From: a virus
Length of the DNA stretch: 64,000 nucleotides
Virus record (IMG/VR): IMGVR_UViG_3300030102_007788
Coordinates: 32,001 to 96,000 of that record
Strand: one strand, 5' to 3'
Of this stretch, positions 9,995-19,055 are shown piece by piece; the first letter of the stretch is position 1, and the number at the start of each line of letters is the position of its first letter. The position numbers were made by a program, and so were the translations under genes. The notes beneath the pieces are model-generated. The model was not told the origin of the DNA and did not search any database. It saw only the letters and a program-made list of their open reading frames with translations.

Positions 9995-11087
9995 GAGAAC
10001 GAATAATATCCACTATTTCATCTTGCTCTTCCTCCGTTAGAAAGGGATGCATCGGAAGGCTCAAAACCTCGCTAGATGCTTTTTCTGAGGCGGGGAAATC
10101 CCCAAGCTGACCCGCCTTCCACCAAGGGAGAGAAGAAAATACGGGTTGTTCATGTAAGCACTTTGGATAATATATAGCAGTTGGAATACCTCTTTTTTGC
10201 AGTTTTTCTTTTAACGAATCCCTATCTTTGGTTCTGATAGTATATTGCCCGTAGACATGAGTATTGCCTTCTGATATTGATGGGGTTACGCACACTTCTC
10301 TTAAGAGCGATGAATAGCGCTTACCAATAGACGATCTAGCTTCTAGCTCTCTTGAAAAGTGCGGGAGCTTCGCTAAAAGAACTGCTGCTTGTATTGTGTC
10401 GAAACGGCCATTCATCCCAACTAGATCGTGATGACCTCTTTCTATTCCGCCATGATTTCTTATAGATCTAAATTTTAAATTTAACTCTTCGTTATTAGTA
10501 AAAAGGGCTCCACCGTCTCCATAACATCCTAATACTTTCGCGGGGAAAAAACTAGTACTGCCTATAACAGTGGTTCCGCAACTTTTTATTCCGTTTCTTT
10601 CTGCTCCAAAACTTTGAGCCCCGTCTTCTATAACGGGCAAATTATATTTTTTTGCTATAGAAGAAATTTTTTCTATATTAGGTATTTGTCCAAATAAGCT
10701 AACTGGGATAATCGCTTTTGTATTTTCATTGATTGCTGCTTCCAGTAAATCGGGATTCATATTATAGCTATCTAGTTCAATATCTATAAATATTGGAGTG
10801 GCTTTTACAGCCATAATAACTTCAGCAGTGCTAATCCAAGTAAACGGGACGGTTATCACCTCATCGCCGGGGCCTATATCTAAAGCTCTAAGGGCTATCT
10901 CTAAACTAACTGTTCCGCTTCCTACTGTTACGCAGTGTTTAACGCCAACAAAATCTGATAGTTCTTGTTCTAGTTTTTCAATTTCTGGACCCATTAAATA
11001 CTTACCGTGGTTAAGTACTGAATGGATTGATGAATCTATGGAGTCTTTATATTGTTGGTATTGAGATTTTAAATCAATGAACTGCAT
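9984..11087 (-). CDS. DegT/DnrJ/EryC1 PLP-dependent sugar aminotransferase (WbpE-like)
   Basis: MQFIDLKSQY, IEDGAQSFGA, TSFFPAKVLGCYGDGG (PLP lysine), LSLPMHP. Confidence 0.95.
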   Translation of the reverse strand: MQFIDLKSQYQQYKDSIDSSIHSVLNHGKYLMGPEIEKLEQELSDFVGVKHCVTVGSGTVSLEIALRALDIGPGDEVITVPFTWISTAEVIMAVKATPIFIDIELDSYNMNPDLLEAAINENTKAIIPVSLFGQIPNIEKISSIAKKYNLPVIEDGAQSFGAERNGIKSCGTTVIGSTSFFPAKVLGCYGDGGALFTNNEELNLKFRSIRNHGGIERGHHDLVGMNGRFDTIQAAVLLAKLPHFSRELEARSSIGKRYSSLLREVCVTPSISEGNTHVYGQYTIRTKDRDSLKEKLQKRGIPTAIYYPKCLHEQPVFSSLPWWKAGQLGDFPASEKASSEVLSLPMHPFLTEEEQDEIVDIIRSHAC

Positions 11088-11758
11088 TATTTCTTACGAT
11101 CTTTACTTTTTCTGTATTCTTCGTATTTTTGCATTCTTTCTCTAATTTCTTTATCGTAATCTCCTCTTTGGAATTTCTCTAGTCTCTCTAGCATCGCTTG
11201 TTTTTTTTTGGGGTTGTCAATTTTATTAAGGTATTCAAGCCCTTTTTGGACGACTCTTGGATCTATTTTTGGCCGTCTAGAAGGTACAGTAACAATGTTT
11301 GGCTTAGGGGTTGCTGGCGTAGTCTTGAGAGGTTTACTTTTATCGTCTTTCTTTTTTATGATTGTTGGTTTGGTGTTAAGCTTGGGCAATGTGACAATGG
11401 ACGGTAATTTGTGGGTATCAAACGAAAGCAACTCTGTTACCCCATTGTTGTCTACCTTCACTAAACCTCTTTCTACACTCAGTAACGTTACTCCACTATC
11501 TGTTCTCTTTTTAGAGGACAGCGTCAAAAACCTTTTTGGTATATCTTTAGAGAACATGTAGACGTTAGTAACTCCTCCCCTAGTTATAATACCTGTCAAG
11601 TTAAGCTTTATAGGTAGTTGCTCTATTAGTTTTGGAACCTCAACTTTTGCTGGCGTCTCTTCAAGTAAGGCGAAGGCGTTCCGTTTAGCGATTGTATCGT
11701 AAGGGTTCTCTTGTGCAAAAAGAGAACTAACAAAGAATAGTGGTATTAGTTTTTTCAT
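11087..11758 (-). CDS. Secreted GspC/PilP-like protein with basic C-terminal tail
   Basis: Signal peptide MKKLIPLFFVSSLFA; NPY..I..RNAF.L; LNLTGII...VTLLSVERGLVKVDNNG resembles the GspC HR domain; ATGA overlap with the pilin. Confidence 0.5.
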   Translation of the reverse strand: MKKLIPLFFVSSLFAQENPYDTIAKRNAFALLEETPAKVEVPKLIEQLPIKLNLTGIITRGGVTNVYMFSKDIPKRFLTLSSKKRTDSGVTLLSVERGLVKVDNNGVTELLSFDTHKLPSIVTLPKLNTKPTIIKKKDDKSKPLKTTPATPKPNIVTVPSRRPKIDPRVVQKGLEYLNKIDNPKKKQAMLERLEKFQRGDYDKEIRERMQKYEEYRKSKDRKK

Positions 11759-12030
11759 TCTGCGTAATAGTAAGGTATTCTTGCTGAGGTATGGCATTTA
11801 TAACATTGATCATATGTCTCTATTAAAAGTTTAATATCGGAGTCCGATATAGTTAGCAGGTCGTACTCTGGCATTTCGTGAAAAGTCTCTATTTGTTTCC
11901 TATATACTTTACATGCAGCGATTCTAGCTTGGCGCTGCGCATTTGCGTAACTTTGTAAGGATAAAGAAATTAGCAAAAATATAACAGTAATGGCTAATAA
12001 AAGCTCCAACACTGTAAATCCTTTTTTCAT
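11755..12030 (-). CDS. Prepilin/pseudopilin with type IV N-methylation site and C-terminal CxxCH
   Basis: KG|FTVLE with E at +5, hydrophobic helix, ARIAAC....KQI, then CYKCH. Confidence 0.85.
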   Translation of the reverse strand: MKKGFTVLELLLAITVIFLLISLSLQSYANAQRQARIAACKVYRKQIETFHEMPEYDLLTISDSDIKLLIETYDQCYKCHTSARIPYYYAE

Positions 12031-12272
12031 TCATCTTCTAATTCTTTTATACACTTGTTTAAATCGCAGCACTCTTGAAGTAAGTTAATAGCCGTGGCTC
12101 TCCAGTATTTACCAATATCTCTTAGAGCTTCGTTTTGATCCCTTAGTTCTTCTAGGTATTTTTGAGCTTTGTCTATGTGCGGGCAAGTGTTCCCGGGTAT
12201 AGGAGGACAGTCCTCTTTTATCTCCTTGTATCCTTTATGGGGAAAATTCACGCCTTCTGTTTTTCTAGCCAC
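12027..12272 (-). CDS. Hypothetical coiled-coil protein
   Basis: TCPHID followed by a helical segment; overlaps both neighbours in an operon. Confidence 0.6.
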   Translation of the reverse strand: MARKTEGVNFPHKGYKEIKEDCPPIPGNTCPHIDKAQKYLEELRDQNEALRDIGKYWRATAINLLQECCDLNKCIKELEDE

Positions 12273-12784
12273 CTATTATGAGCATCCAAAACTACCGTGC
12301 TGGCTTTTTTTCCGTTTTTCCATTCGCCCACTTTTACAGAACTGGCTCTATCAATTTTATAAATTCTGAAAAACTGTTTGTAAATTTTGAGATGCTCCTC
12401 TTCTATGGAGGATAAGCGTGGGTAGCGGCTTTTTGGTGACCAATGCGGTACAGCTATTACTTTATAATCTGTTTCGTTATTGTCTACAAAATCAAGAACG
12501 CCCAAAACTCTACATTTTACTAAACTTCCCCTGTCAATAGGGTCGTGATTAAAAATTAAAACATCTAACGGATCTTTATCTAAAGCGTAAGTTTGAGTTA
12601 TAAACCCATAGTTAACAGGATATTGTAGAGAGGAAACAAGGCATCTCTCAAGCTCAAATATATCATGATTTTCATTATACTCGTATTTAGTATTAGTTCC
12701 TTTAGGGATTTCGACGATACAGCTTATGTGATCAAAGCCATCTTTTGTAATTGGGATATCGTTTACTAGATTTCTTTTTGTCAT
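12248..12784 (-). CDS. ppa: Family I inorganic pyrophosphatase
   Basis: EIPKG..KYE, YPVNYGFI, DKDPLDVL, DYKVIAV. Confidence 0.95.
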   Translation of the reverse strand: MTKRNLVNDIPITKDGFDHISCIVEIPKGTNTKYEYNENHDIFELERCLVSSLQYPVNYGFITQTYALDKDPLDVLIFNHDPIDRGSLVKCRVLGVLDFVDNNETDYKVIAVPHWSPKSRYPRLSSIEEEHLKIYKQFFRIYKIDRASSVKVGEWKNGKKASTVVLDAHNRWLEKQKA

Positions 12785-12801
12785 TAGTGTAATATTATTT
12801 T

Positions 12802-13122
12802 ATGAATCTTTTGGTTCATGCTCCTTTATCTGAGCCGCCAACGGAATCGCTTCCGTTCAGGTACGTGTTGTCGTGCTGTAAGATTGATTGTGGAATGGAG
12901 GTGCTGCTAGAGTGCGAAGAGGGCACTAGGGACTTATACTGGAACTTCTTGAGAAAAAGGGGTATGTTTGACTTTATATCAGACATCGTCAACCCATTTG
13001 AAGAAAGAGGGTTGAGATTAGACACTAAAGTCCGAAACCACCAAAACACCGTAGTAGTTAAGTACATTCGAGTAGAGAATCAAATTGAAATAATTGACCT
13101 CGTAAAAGAAAAGGTAATTTAG
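12802..13122 (+). CDS. Hypothetical protein
   Basis: Fills the gap between two minus-strand genes; preceded by the GTGTAA motif. Confidence 0.6.
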   Translation: MNLLVHAPLSEPPTESLPFRYVLSCCKIDCGMEVLLECEEGTRDLYWNFLRKRGMFDFISDIVNPFEERGLRLDTKVRNHQNTVVVKYIRVENQIEIIDLVKEKVI

Positions 13123-13355
13123 CTGGCAGTTTGCTCTGCCATATTGTCATGCTTAAGCATTTTAGCTTCTAGTACCTTCACTCTCTCGCTGGCTTCTACT
13201 GCTTTTGAAGCTGCATCCTGAGCCATCTGATCAATTTCTAGGGCTTCATTTTGAGCTTCCTGAGCTGCTTTCCTAGCGTCCTCAGCCGCGTCTTGAGTTG
13301 CCGCTGCGCATCTACGGGCTGAATCCAACATTAGTCTTAAATAACCACTTGCCAT
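13119..13355 (-). CDS. Ala-rich helical protein
   Basis: AAATQDAAEDARKAAQEA; directly follows the DUF2589 pair. Confidence 0.65.
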   Translation of the reverse strand: MASGYLRLMLDSARRCAAATQDAAEDARKAAQEAQNEALEIDQMAQDAASKAVEASERVKVLEAKMLKHDNMAEQTAS

Positions 13356-13367
13356 GGTTATATTATA

Positions 13368-13844
13368 TTAAGTTGGGATAGTTTTTACAATTTTATCATT
13401 AACCCTAGCTAGTCCTTCAGGGGTTTCGCCGTTTTTTATAGTTAATTTTACTTTTGCTAAGGTTTTTTTAGGGTCTTTACGGCCAATCATAGCAATCATA
13501 CGTCGTTTTTTATGATTATCTTCGTTCTCAAACTGACCTAAATCTACATCAAACTCCATTTCAAGAGAATCAATTTTAAGATGATTGTGCCCAGCAAGGG
13601 TCATGAGAGGTATCTCTACTTCTTGCTCTCCCTCACTAGTAGGAAGCATCATTTTTTTTGTAATTGGCCGACCATACTCGTCAAAATACGTGCCTATGAC
13701 CCTTTTTAAATGCTCAGTTTCTACATAGCGTTGAGCATAGACTACGGAGTTATAAAGACACTGGATCAGATGATCAAACGTTTTTAACGCAGGAGCACCC
13801 TTGAAAGATCCAGATTTAGAATAAGATAATTTGTCGTCAGACAT
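13368..13844 (-). CDS. DUF2589-like protein B
   Basis: VEIPLMTL...LKIDSLEMEFDV...ETPEGLARV. Confidence 0.7.
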   Translation of the reverse strand: MSDDKLSYSKSGSFKGAPALKTFDHLIQCLYNSVVYAQRYVETEHLKRVIGTYFDEYGRPITKKMMLPTSEGEQEVEIPLMTLAGHNHLKIDSLEMEFDVDLGQFENEDNHKKRRMIAMIGRKDPKKTLAKVKLTIKNGETPEGLARVNDKIVKTIPT

Positions 13845-14440
13845 TATTTATTGCCGCCACCGCCGCCAGCAGGAACAGGTTGGATAGCTGCTCCGAGAAT
13901 GTCAAGAACCTTCATCAGCCCTTCAGGAGCTCCGTCGTCCCGGGCCTCTACGTGAACAGTATATTTTGCGGAGTTATCAGTTTTGCGAATATTTTCGCTT
14001 TTGGTGGATACAGAAGCGTTAAGGTTTACCTTCACGGGAGACCACCAATTATCATACTTAACACTTAGGTCAGTCTTTGTGTTTACTGAGCTTGTGTCTT
14101 GAGTACTGGATTTAACCTCCATGTCAAAATCAACAGTGGCTCTTTTTACTCCCAAGTTAGGGGTTTGAATGATTGACAACAATGGAACCTTCATCTTTCG
14201 GTTTTCAATAGTTGTGGTGATGGTTCCGTCTGCTGCTTTAGATTCTACCGGGGCATCATAATCGAATTCTACGGTGCGAGCACTAAGTTTTCCGTTTCCG
14301 TCGTCTTCGAGTCCGATGTCTTTTATAAACTGTTCCGTTGTGTGAGCAAGTTGGCCCTGTGCTTTTGCTGCTCCGAGTAATGGTTCTGCGATTAATGTCC
14401 CAATTGGGAGCCCTTTGAATTGATCTGCTATGCTAGCCAT
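13844..14440 (-). CDS. DUF2589-like protein A
   Basis: QFKGLPIGTLIAEPLLGAAKAQ, KVPLLSII..PNL, FDMEVKSS, DNSAKYTVHV, PEGLMKVLDIL. Confidence 0.8.
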   Translation of the reverse strand: MASIADQFKGLPIGTLIAEPLLGAAKAQGQLAHTTEQFIKDIGLEDDGNGKLSARTVEFDYDAPVESKAADGTITTTIENRKMKVPLLSIIQTPNLGVKRATVDFDMEVKSSTQDTSSVNTKTDLSVKYDNWWSPVKVNLNASVSTKSENIRKTDNSAKYTVHVEARDDGAPEGLMKVLDILGAAIQPVPAGGGGGNK

Positions 14441-14458
14441 AAATAACCTTACACAATA

Positions 14459-14653
14459 TTATCGACCAGATACGAATTTTTGAAAAATATTCTTTAAATC
14501 ATTTAAAAAAATTCGGGACATTTCTACTCTTACGGCATCGGTGTCTTCCATGACTACAGTGTCCTTTATCAACTTCTCGTATTTCTCCTTAGCGGAAATA
14601 ATCGCTTTGTGAGTTTCAACTGGTTTATTTCTTTCAAATTCAGAGATATTCAT
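14459..14653 (-). CDS. Hypothetical protein
   Basis: ORF in the minus-strand run. Confidence 0.55.
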   Translation of the reverse strand: MNISEFERNKPVETHKAIISAKEKYEKLIKDTVVMEDTDAVRVEMSRIFLNDLKNIFQKFVSGR

Positions 14654-14834
14654 CTTTTTCTACAAGGCTTGTTTTTACGCTTTTCATTAGGCCCATTATC
14701 CTATCGAATTCAACTAATTCGCCGTTTAGTTTTTTTCCCTCGAAATTGTCTAAATCGTTACAAAGAGCGATTATATCACAAGTTATTTGCTTTAATTTAA
14801 AAGCATCCGGAGAAAAAACATATGAGCGGGACAT
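14640..14834 (-). CDS. Hypothetical protein
   Basis: ORF in the minus-strand run. Confidence 0.55.
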   Translation of the reverse strand: MSRSYVFSPDAFKLKQITCDIIALCNDLDNFEGKKLNGELVEFDRIMGLMKSVKTSLVEKDEYL

Positions 14835-14851
14835 ATCTGTAAAAAATTACA

Positions 14852-15868
14852 TCAAAAGTCATCCTCAAGGGAACCCGATTGTTGATATTCTCTAACTCTT
14901 CTTTCAAAGAAGTTCCCCATAGCTTGAACGTCTACTACTTCCCCTAGCCATGGGAAAGGATTTTTATCTGATTCAAATCTATATTCAAGGCCTATACCTT
15001 CTAACCTGCGGTTGCCGATGTAATGCATATAGTCTACAAACATCTCAGCGTTAAGGCCGAGAATACCCCTAGGTAAAACATCTTTAGCATAGGCTATCTC
15101 AAGCTGTACAGCTTTCTGTACATGTTCGGTTACCTCCTGCTGAAACGCTTTAGTCCATATTTTAGGATTTTGCTCTATAATTTGATTAATTACATAAGTA
15201 CCGAATTTAATGTGAGAACTTTCGTCTCGTAGGGTATATTTAATCTGATCAGCAACGCCTTGCATTTTATTCTGGCGGCCAAGTGCCAGCAACATTGCAA
15301 ACCCACTAAAGAAAAAGATGCCTTCGCAAACAATCCAGTAAGTAATAAAATTTCTTAAAATTTCTTTTCTACCCTCTTGGGTGTGGGGATTAAAGTCTGA
15401 CCTGCTTAAATCAGTCGTAATGCTCATCAAGAAGTCATCTTTAGCTTTAATTGACGGAATATTCAGATAAGCCTGATAAACTTCATCTATCTTAAGATCC
15501 AAAGAATCGCAAACGTAAACAATAGTAAGATTATGAAGGCTCTCCTCAAACGCTTGTCTAAGAATATACTGACGACACTCAGCATCAGTAATGTACCTAA
15601 AACCAGAAAGTAATAAATTATTACCAACAAGAGATTCACTACCGGCAAAGAAGCCGAGTGAACGTTTGACCAAAAGTTTTTCATCGTCAGTTATTTCTCC
15701 GTTTTTCCATTGCTTAATATCGTCTGCCATAGAGATTTCTGTTGGCATCCAGTTATTAGCGCAGCCCTTTAAGAATAAGTCCCAAGCGGTCTTATGCTTG
15801 TGCGGAAGAATACAGTTAACCCCCGCTACATCTTTCCCAAGTATTTGTCCGTTCTTTGATTCGCTCAT
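14852..15868 (-). CDS. nrdB: Ribonucleotide reductase beta subunit, class Ic (R2c)-like
   Basis: FFAGSESLV, RQAFEESLH, CEGIFFFSGF, RDESSH, NFFERRVREYQ. Confidence 0.95.
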   Translation of the reverse strand: MSESKNGQILGKDVAGVNCILPHKHKTAWDLFLKGCANNWMPTEISMADDIKQWKNGEITDDEKLLVKRSLGFFAGSESLVGNNLLLSGFRYITDAECRQYILRQAFEESLHNLTIVYVCDSLDLKIDEVYQAYLNIPSIKAKDDFLMSITTDLSRSDFNPHTQEGRKEILRNFITYWIVCEGIFFFSGFAMLLALGRQNKMQGVADQIKYTLRDESSHIKFGTYVINQIIEQNPKIWTKAFQQEVTEHVQKAVQLEIAYAKDVLPRGILGLNAEMFVDYMHYIGNRRLEGIGLEYRFESDKNPFPWLGEVVDVQAMGNFFERRVREYQQSGSLEDDF

Positions 15869-16626
15869 TTTGTATAATAAGTAGATTGTGCTTTAAGATT
15901 CCCTAAGTAAGTATTAAAACCGCGATGGCCAAGATTTACGTCAGAGACGACTTTTATCTTTCCGCCTAAAGATGTCCAGAGTTTACAAAAGCCATAATCT
16001 TCGCTTTCATACTTCTTAGTTTCTTCATTTACTTTACACTGAAAAATATCGTAAAAGTTATCTCCCGCGTCCATATATCCATCTATATCATTTTTGTAAT
16101 GAAGCTCTGGTTTTTCTTTGATAATTTTTTCTATACATTCTCTTTTTATAAGCATGAAGCCGGTTGCTGCGTATTTAGCTTCAACCGAAGTTTGAGTTTT
16201 AGATTTTTTAAATTCTTCGAAATCTAGCTCTGTGGAGAAATCGGTTGCTAGATGCCTCCAATATTCGGGGAGCTTACCTGTCGAAGCCATTAGCTCAATT
16301 TTCTGACCATTGAAATACTTCTTGGGGTAGACTCCCACTACTACATCGTCGTCTTCGTCAACCAGTTTTAAAACATCAAATGCGCTAAACTGTATATCAG
16401 TATCGACAAAAAGTAGGTGGGTGTAGTCTTTATTTAACATGAAAGCTACAGCTGCATTTCTTCCGCGGCTAATTAAGCTTTCAAACCAAATAGACCTTAA
16501 TCCGATCTTGATTCCTTTCTGTCTACAAACCGATAGAAAGTCGATGGTGCTCATCATGTAATCAGAGTGAACCATCCCCGTGTATCCAATCACGGGATAG
16601 AATATATTTACTTTAGAGTAATCCAT
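15865..16626 (-). CDS. GT-A fold glycosyltransferase-like protein
   Basis: ESLISRGRN, LLFVDTDI (DxD), ATGFMLIKR, SEDYGFC; TAATG overlap with the nrdA stop. Confidence 0.8.
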   Translation of the reverse strand: MDYSKVNIFYPVIGYTGMVHSDYMMSTIDFLSVCRQKGIKIGLRSIWFESLISRGRNAAVAFMLNKDYTHLLFVDTDIQFSAFDVLKLVDEDDDVVVGVYPKKYFNGQKIELMASTGKLPEYWRHLATDFSTELDFEEFKKSKTQTSVEAKYAATGFMLIKRECIEKIIKEKPELHYKNDIDGYMDAGDNFYDIFQCKVNEETKKYESEDYGFCKLWTSLGGKIKVVSDVNLGHRGFNTYLGNLKAQSTYYTK

Positions 16627-19055
16627 TATTGGCAAGCCTCACATGCTTCAGGGTTGGCGATAGAACAAGCTATTTGTTCTTCTTCAGTATATTCTTTTTT
16701 AGTTGACTTTTCAACTTTGGAAGCACCTCGGTTGCGTAAATAATACGTAGTTTTCAAGCCTGCTTCCCACGCTGCCATATAAATGTCATTGAGATATTTT
16801 AGACTTGTCCCTTTGTTATAAAGGTTAAACGAAATACCTTGGTCAATCCACTTTTGTCTAGTGGCGTTACATTCAATTAATTTGAACATATCTCGATCAA
16901 AAGCAGTTTTATACTTCTCTTTATACTTTTCTGGGATATCTAGAAGGGTTACGTCTCCGTCCACTTCCTTAACAGCTTCCGCAAACTGAGGGTTCCAAAT
17001 ACCCTCTTTTTTCATGTCGTTGACGAATTGTTCGTTTGTGATGTAGAAGTTTCCGCTTTTGTTTTCGTAGACGAAGAGGACCGAGAAGTTCGGTTCGATG
17101 CTCTGCTCCACACCGTTGATATAACCAATAGTGGCAGTAGGAGCAATTGCCATAGTGTTGCTATTTCGGATTCCATATTTTGAAATACTCTCCCTTACTT
17201 CTGACCAATCCATTTTACCCCCCCGGGGGGTGCCTGAAGATTTTTTTCTAAAATCTAGTAATCGATTGTATGTGTCGATAGGTAATTCACCCTTATCCCA
17301 TAGAGATCCAGAGTAAGTTTTATAACTGCCTCTTTCTTGAGCAAGCTTACTAGAAGAAAGAATAGCGTGATAAGAAAAGAACTCGGTAAGTTCATCGACA
17401 TATTTTACGGCTTCATCTGAATCGTATTGTAAGTCAACGAGTTGCAATACATCATGAGTGGCCATCATGCCAAGACCAATTGGTCTATGTTGCATGTTTG
17501 CGTTTTCAGCTTCTTTTGTTGGATAGAAGTTTAAATCTATTACGTTATCAAGGAGGCGTATAGCTGTTTTAACTGTACTAGCTAATAAATCTTTGTTTAG
17601 CGCATATTTACCTGACTCGTCTTGAGATAGGTGATTTTTTAGATTAACGCTGCCTAGGTTGCAAACAGCGGTTTCTCCGATTTCTACTTTTTCTCCGTCT
17701 TTGTATTTAGATGGTTTTGTATGTAGTAATATTTCAGTGCATAGGTTGCTGGAGTGGACAGTCCCTTGATGCTGATTGCTATACCTTAAGTTAGATGGGT
17801 CTTTAAAAGTAATCCAAGGATGTGAGGTTTCAAATAAAACCTTTAACATTTTCTTCCAAAGTTCTTTAGCTTTTACCTTGCGAAAGTTCTTAAGTTCTCC
17901 CGCCTCGGCTTTATTAACCATCTGCTCGTAAACTGCGGTAAAACAATCCCCAAATGCTTCATGCAGGTCTCTTGAATCCGAAGGACAAAACATGTACCAG
18001 TCTTCATCAGTTTTAACTTTCTGCATAAATAGGTCAGGAACCCAAGAGGCTGTGTTCATGTCGTGACACCGTAGTCTTTCGTCGCCGGTATTTCTGCGAA
18101 GGTTGAGGAAATCCTCAAAATCGAGATGCCAAGGCTCCAGATAAGCGCAACCAGCGCCGGGCCTTTTACCTCCTTGATTTACCGCGACGAGTGTGTCGTT
18201 GAGGATTTTGAGCCATGGCACAAGACCTCCAGAAATCCCGTTTGTGCCTTTGATATAAGCCCCAGAAGCACGAAAATTAGTAACATCAAAGCCAAGACCT
18301 CCGGCGTACTTACTCTTTCTGGCCTCTTGCCAGACTCCTTCGAATATTCCGTCGATACTGTCATCGAATGTATTTAGGTAACATGAGCTTAATTGAGAGT
18401 GAGTAGTTCCACTATTAAAAAGAGTAGGAGTGGATGGAGTGTACAGCAAATTGCTAAACAGGTTATAGAATTCAATTGCTCGTTCTTCTTTGTTATCTTC
18501 ATTTAAGGCCAAGCCCATTGCTATCCGCATCCAGAAAGCTTGCGGGGACTCTATAATCTTATTATTATTGCGAATAAAGTATCTGTCGATTAAAATTTGT
18601 AATCCGAGGTATTTAAATTTCCTGTCTCTTTCTGGAACAAGGGCTTCTGATAATTTTTTTAAGTCGTAATCAAGCAGCCTTTCGTTTAAAATGTCGTTTT
18701 TTACAAGTTTTTTAACACCTTGGACAAAAGCTTTCTTATACTGAAGATCAAAAGTATCCGAATCTACACTTTCCCTGAAAACTTCTTTGTATAAAGCGTT
18801 AACAGCTAGAGCGGCAGCAGCGTTGCTGTAGTTAGGCTCTTTTTCTATCTTAGCTCGGGCCGACAAGATCAAAGCTTCATCAATCTCTTTGGTGGTAATT
18901 TTATCATAAAGTTGTAACTGTGCATCAAGAATAATCTCACTGGCAGAAACGTTATTTCCGTCTATCCCAGCGCAGGCCCTATAAACACATTTGTTTATTT
19001 TCTCTACGTCAAACTGCTCTAGTTTACCGTTTCTCTTTTTTACTTTTATTTCCAT
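16626..19055 (-). CDS. nrdA: Ribonucleotide reductase alpha subunit with ATP cone
   Basis: VKKRNG ATP cone, LSSCY, SNLCTE, VCNLGS, TTYY, C-terminal CEAC. Confidence 0.97.
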   Translation of the reverse strand: MEIKVKKRNGKLEQFDVEKINKCVYRACAGIDGNNVSASEIILDAQLQLYDKITTKEIDEALILSARAKIEKEPNYSNAAAALAVNALYKEVFRESVDSDTFDLQYKKAFVQGVKKLVKNDILNERLLDYDLKKLSEALVPERDRKFKYLGLQILIDRYFIRNNNKIIESPQAFWMRIAMGLALNEDNKEERAIEFYNLFSNLLYTPSTPTLFNSGTTHSQLSSCYLNTFDDSIDGIFEGVWQEARKSKYAGGLGFDVTNFRASGAYIKGTNGISGGLVPWLKILNDTLVAVNQGGKRPGAGCAYLEPWHLDFEDFLNLRRNTGDERLRCHDMNTASWVPDLFMQKVKTDEDWYMFCPSDSRDLHEAFGDCFTAVYEQMVNKAEAGELKNFRKVKAKELWKKMLKVLFETSHPWITFKDPSNLRYSNQHQGTVHSSNLCTEILLHTKPSKYKDGEKVEIGETAVCNLGSVNLKNHLSQDESGKYALNKDLLASTVKTAIRLLDNVIDLNFYPTKEAENANMQHRPIGLGMMATHDVLQLVDLQYDSDEAVKYVDELTEFFSYHAILSSSKLAQERGSYKTYSGSLWDKGELPIDTYNRLLDFRKKSSGTPRGGKMDWSEVRESISKYGIRNSNTMAIAPTATIGYINGVEQSIEPNFSVLFVYENKSGNFYITNEQFVNDMKKEGIWNPQFAEAVKEVDGDVTLLDIPEKYKEKYKTAFDRDMFKLIECNATRQKWIDQGISFNLYNKGTSLKYLNDIYMAAWEAGLKTTYYLRNRGASKVEKSTKKEYTEEEQIACSIANPEACEACQ

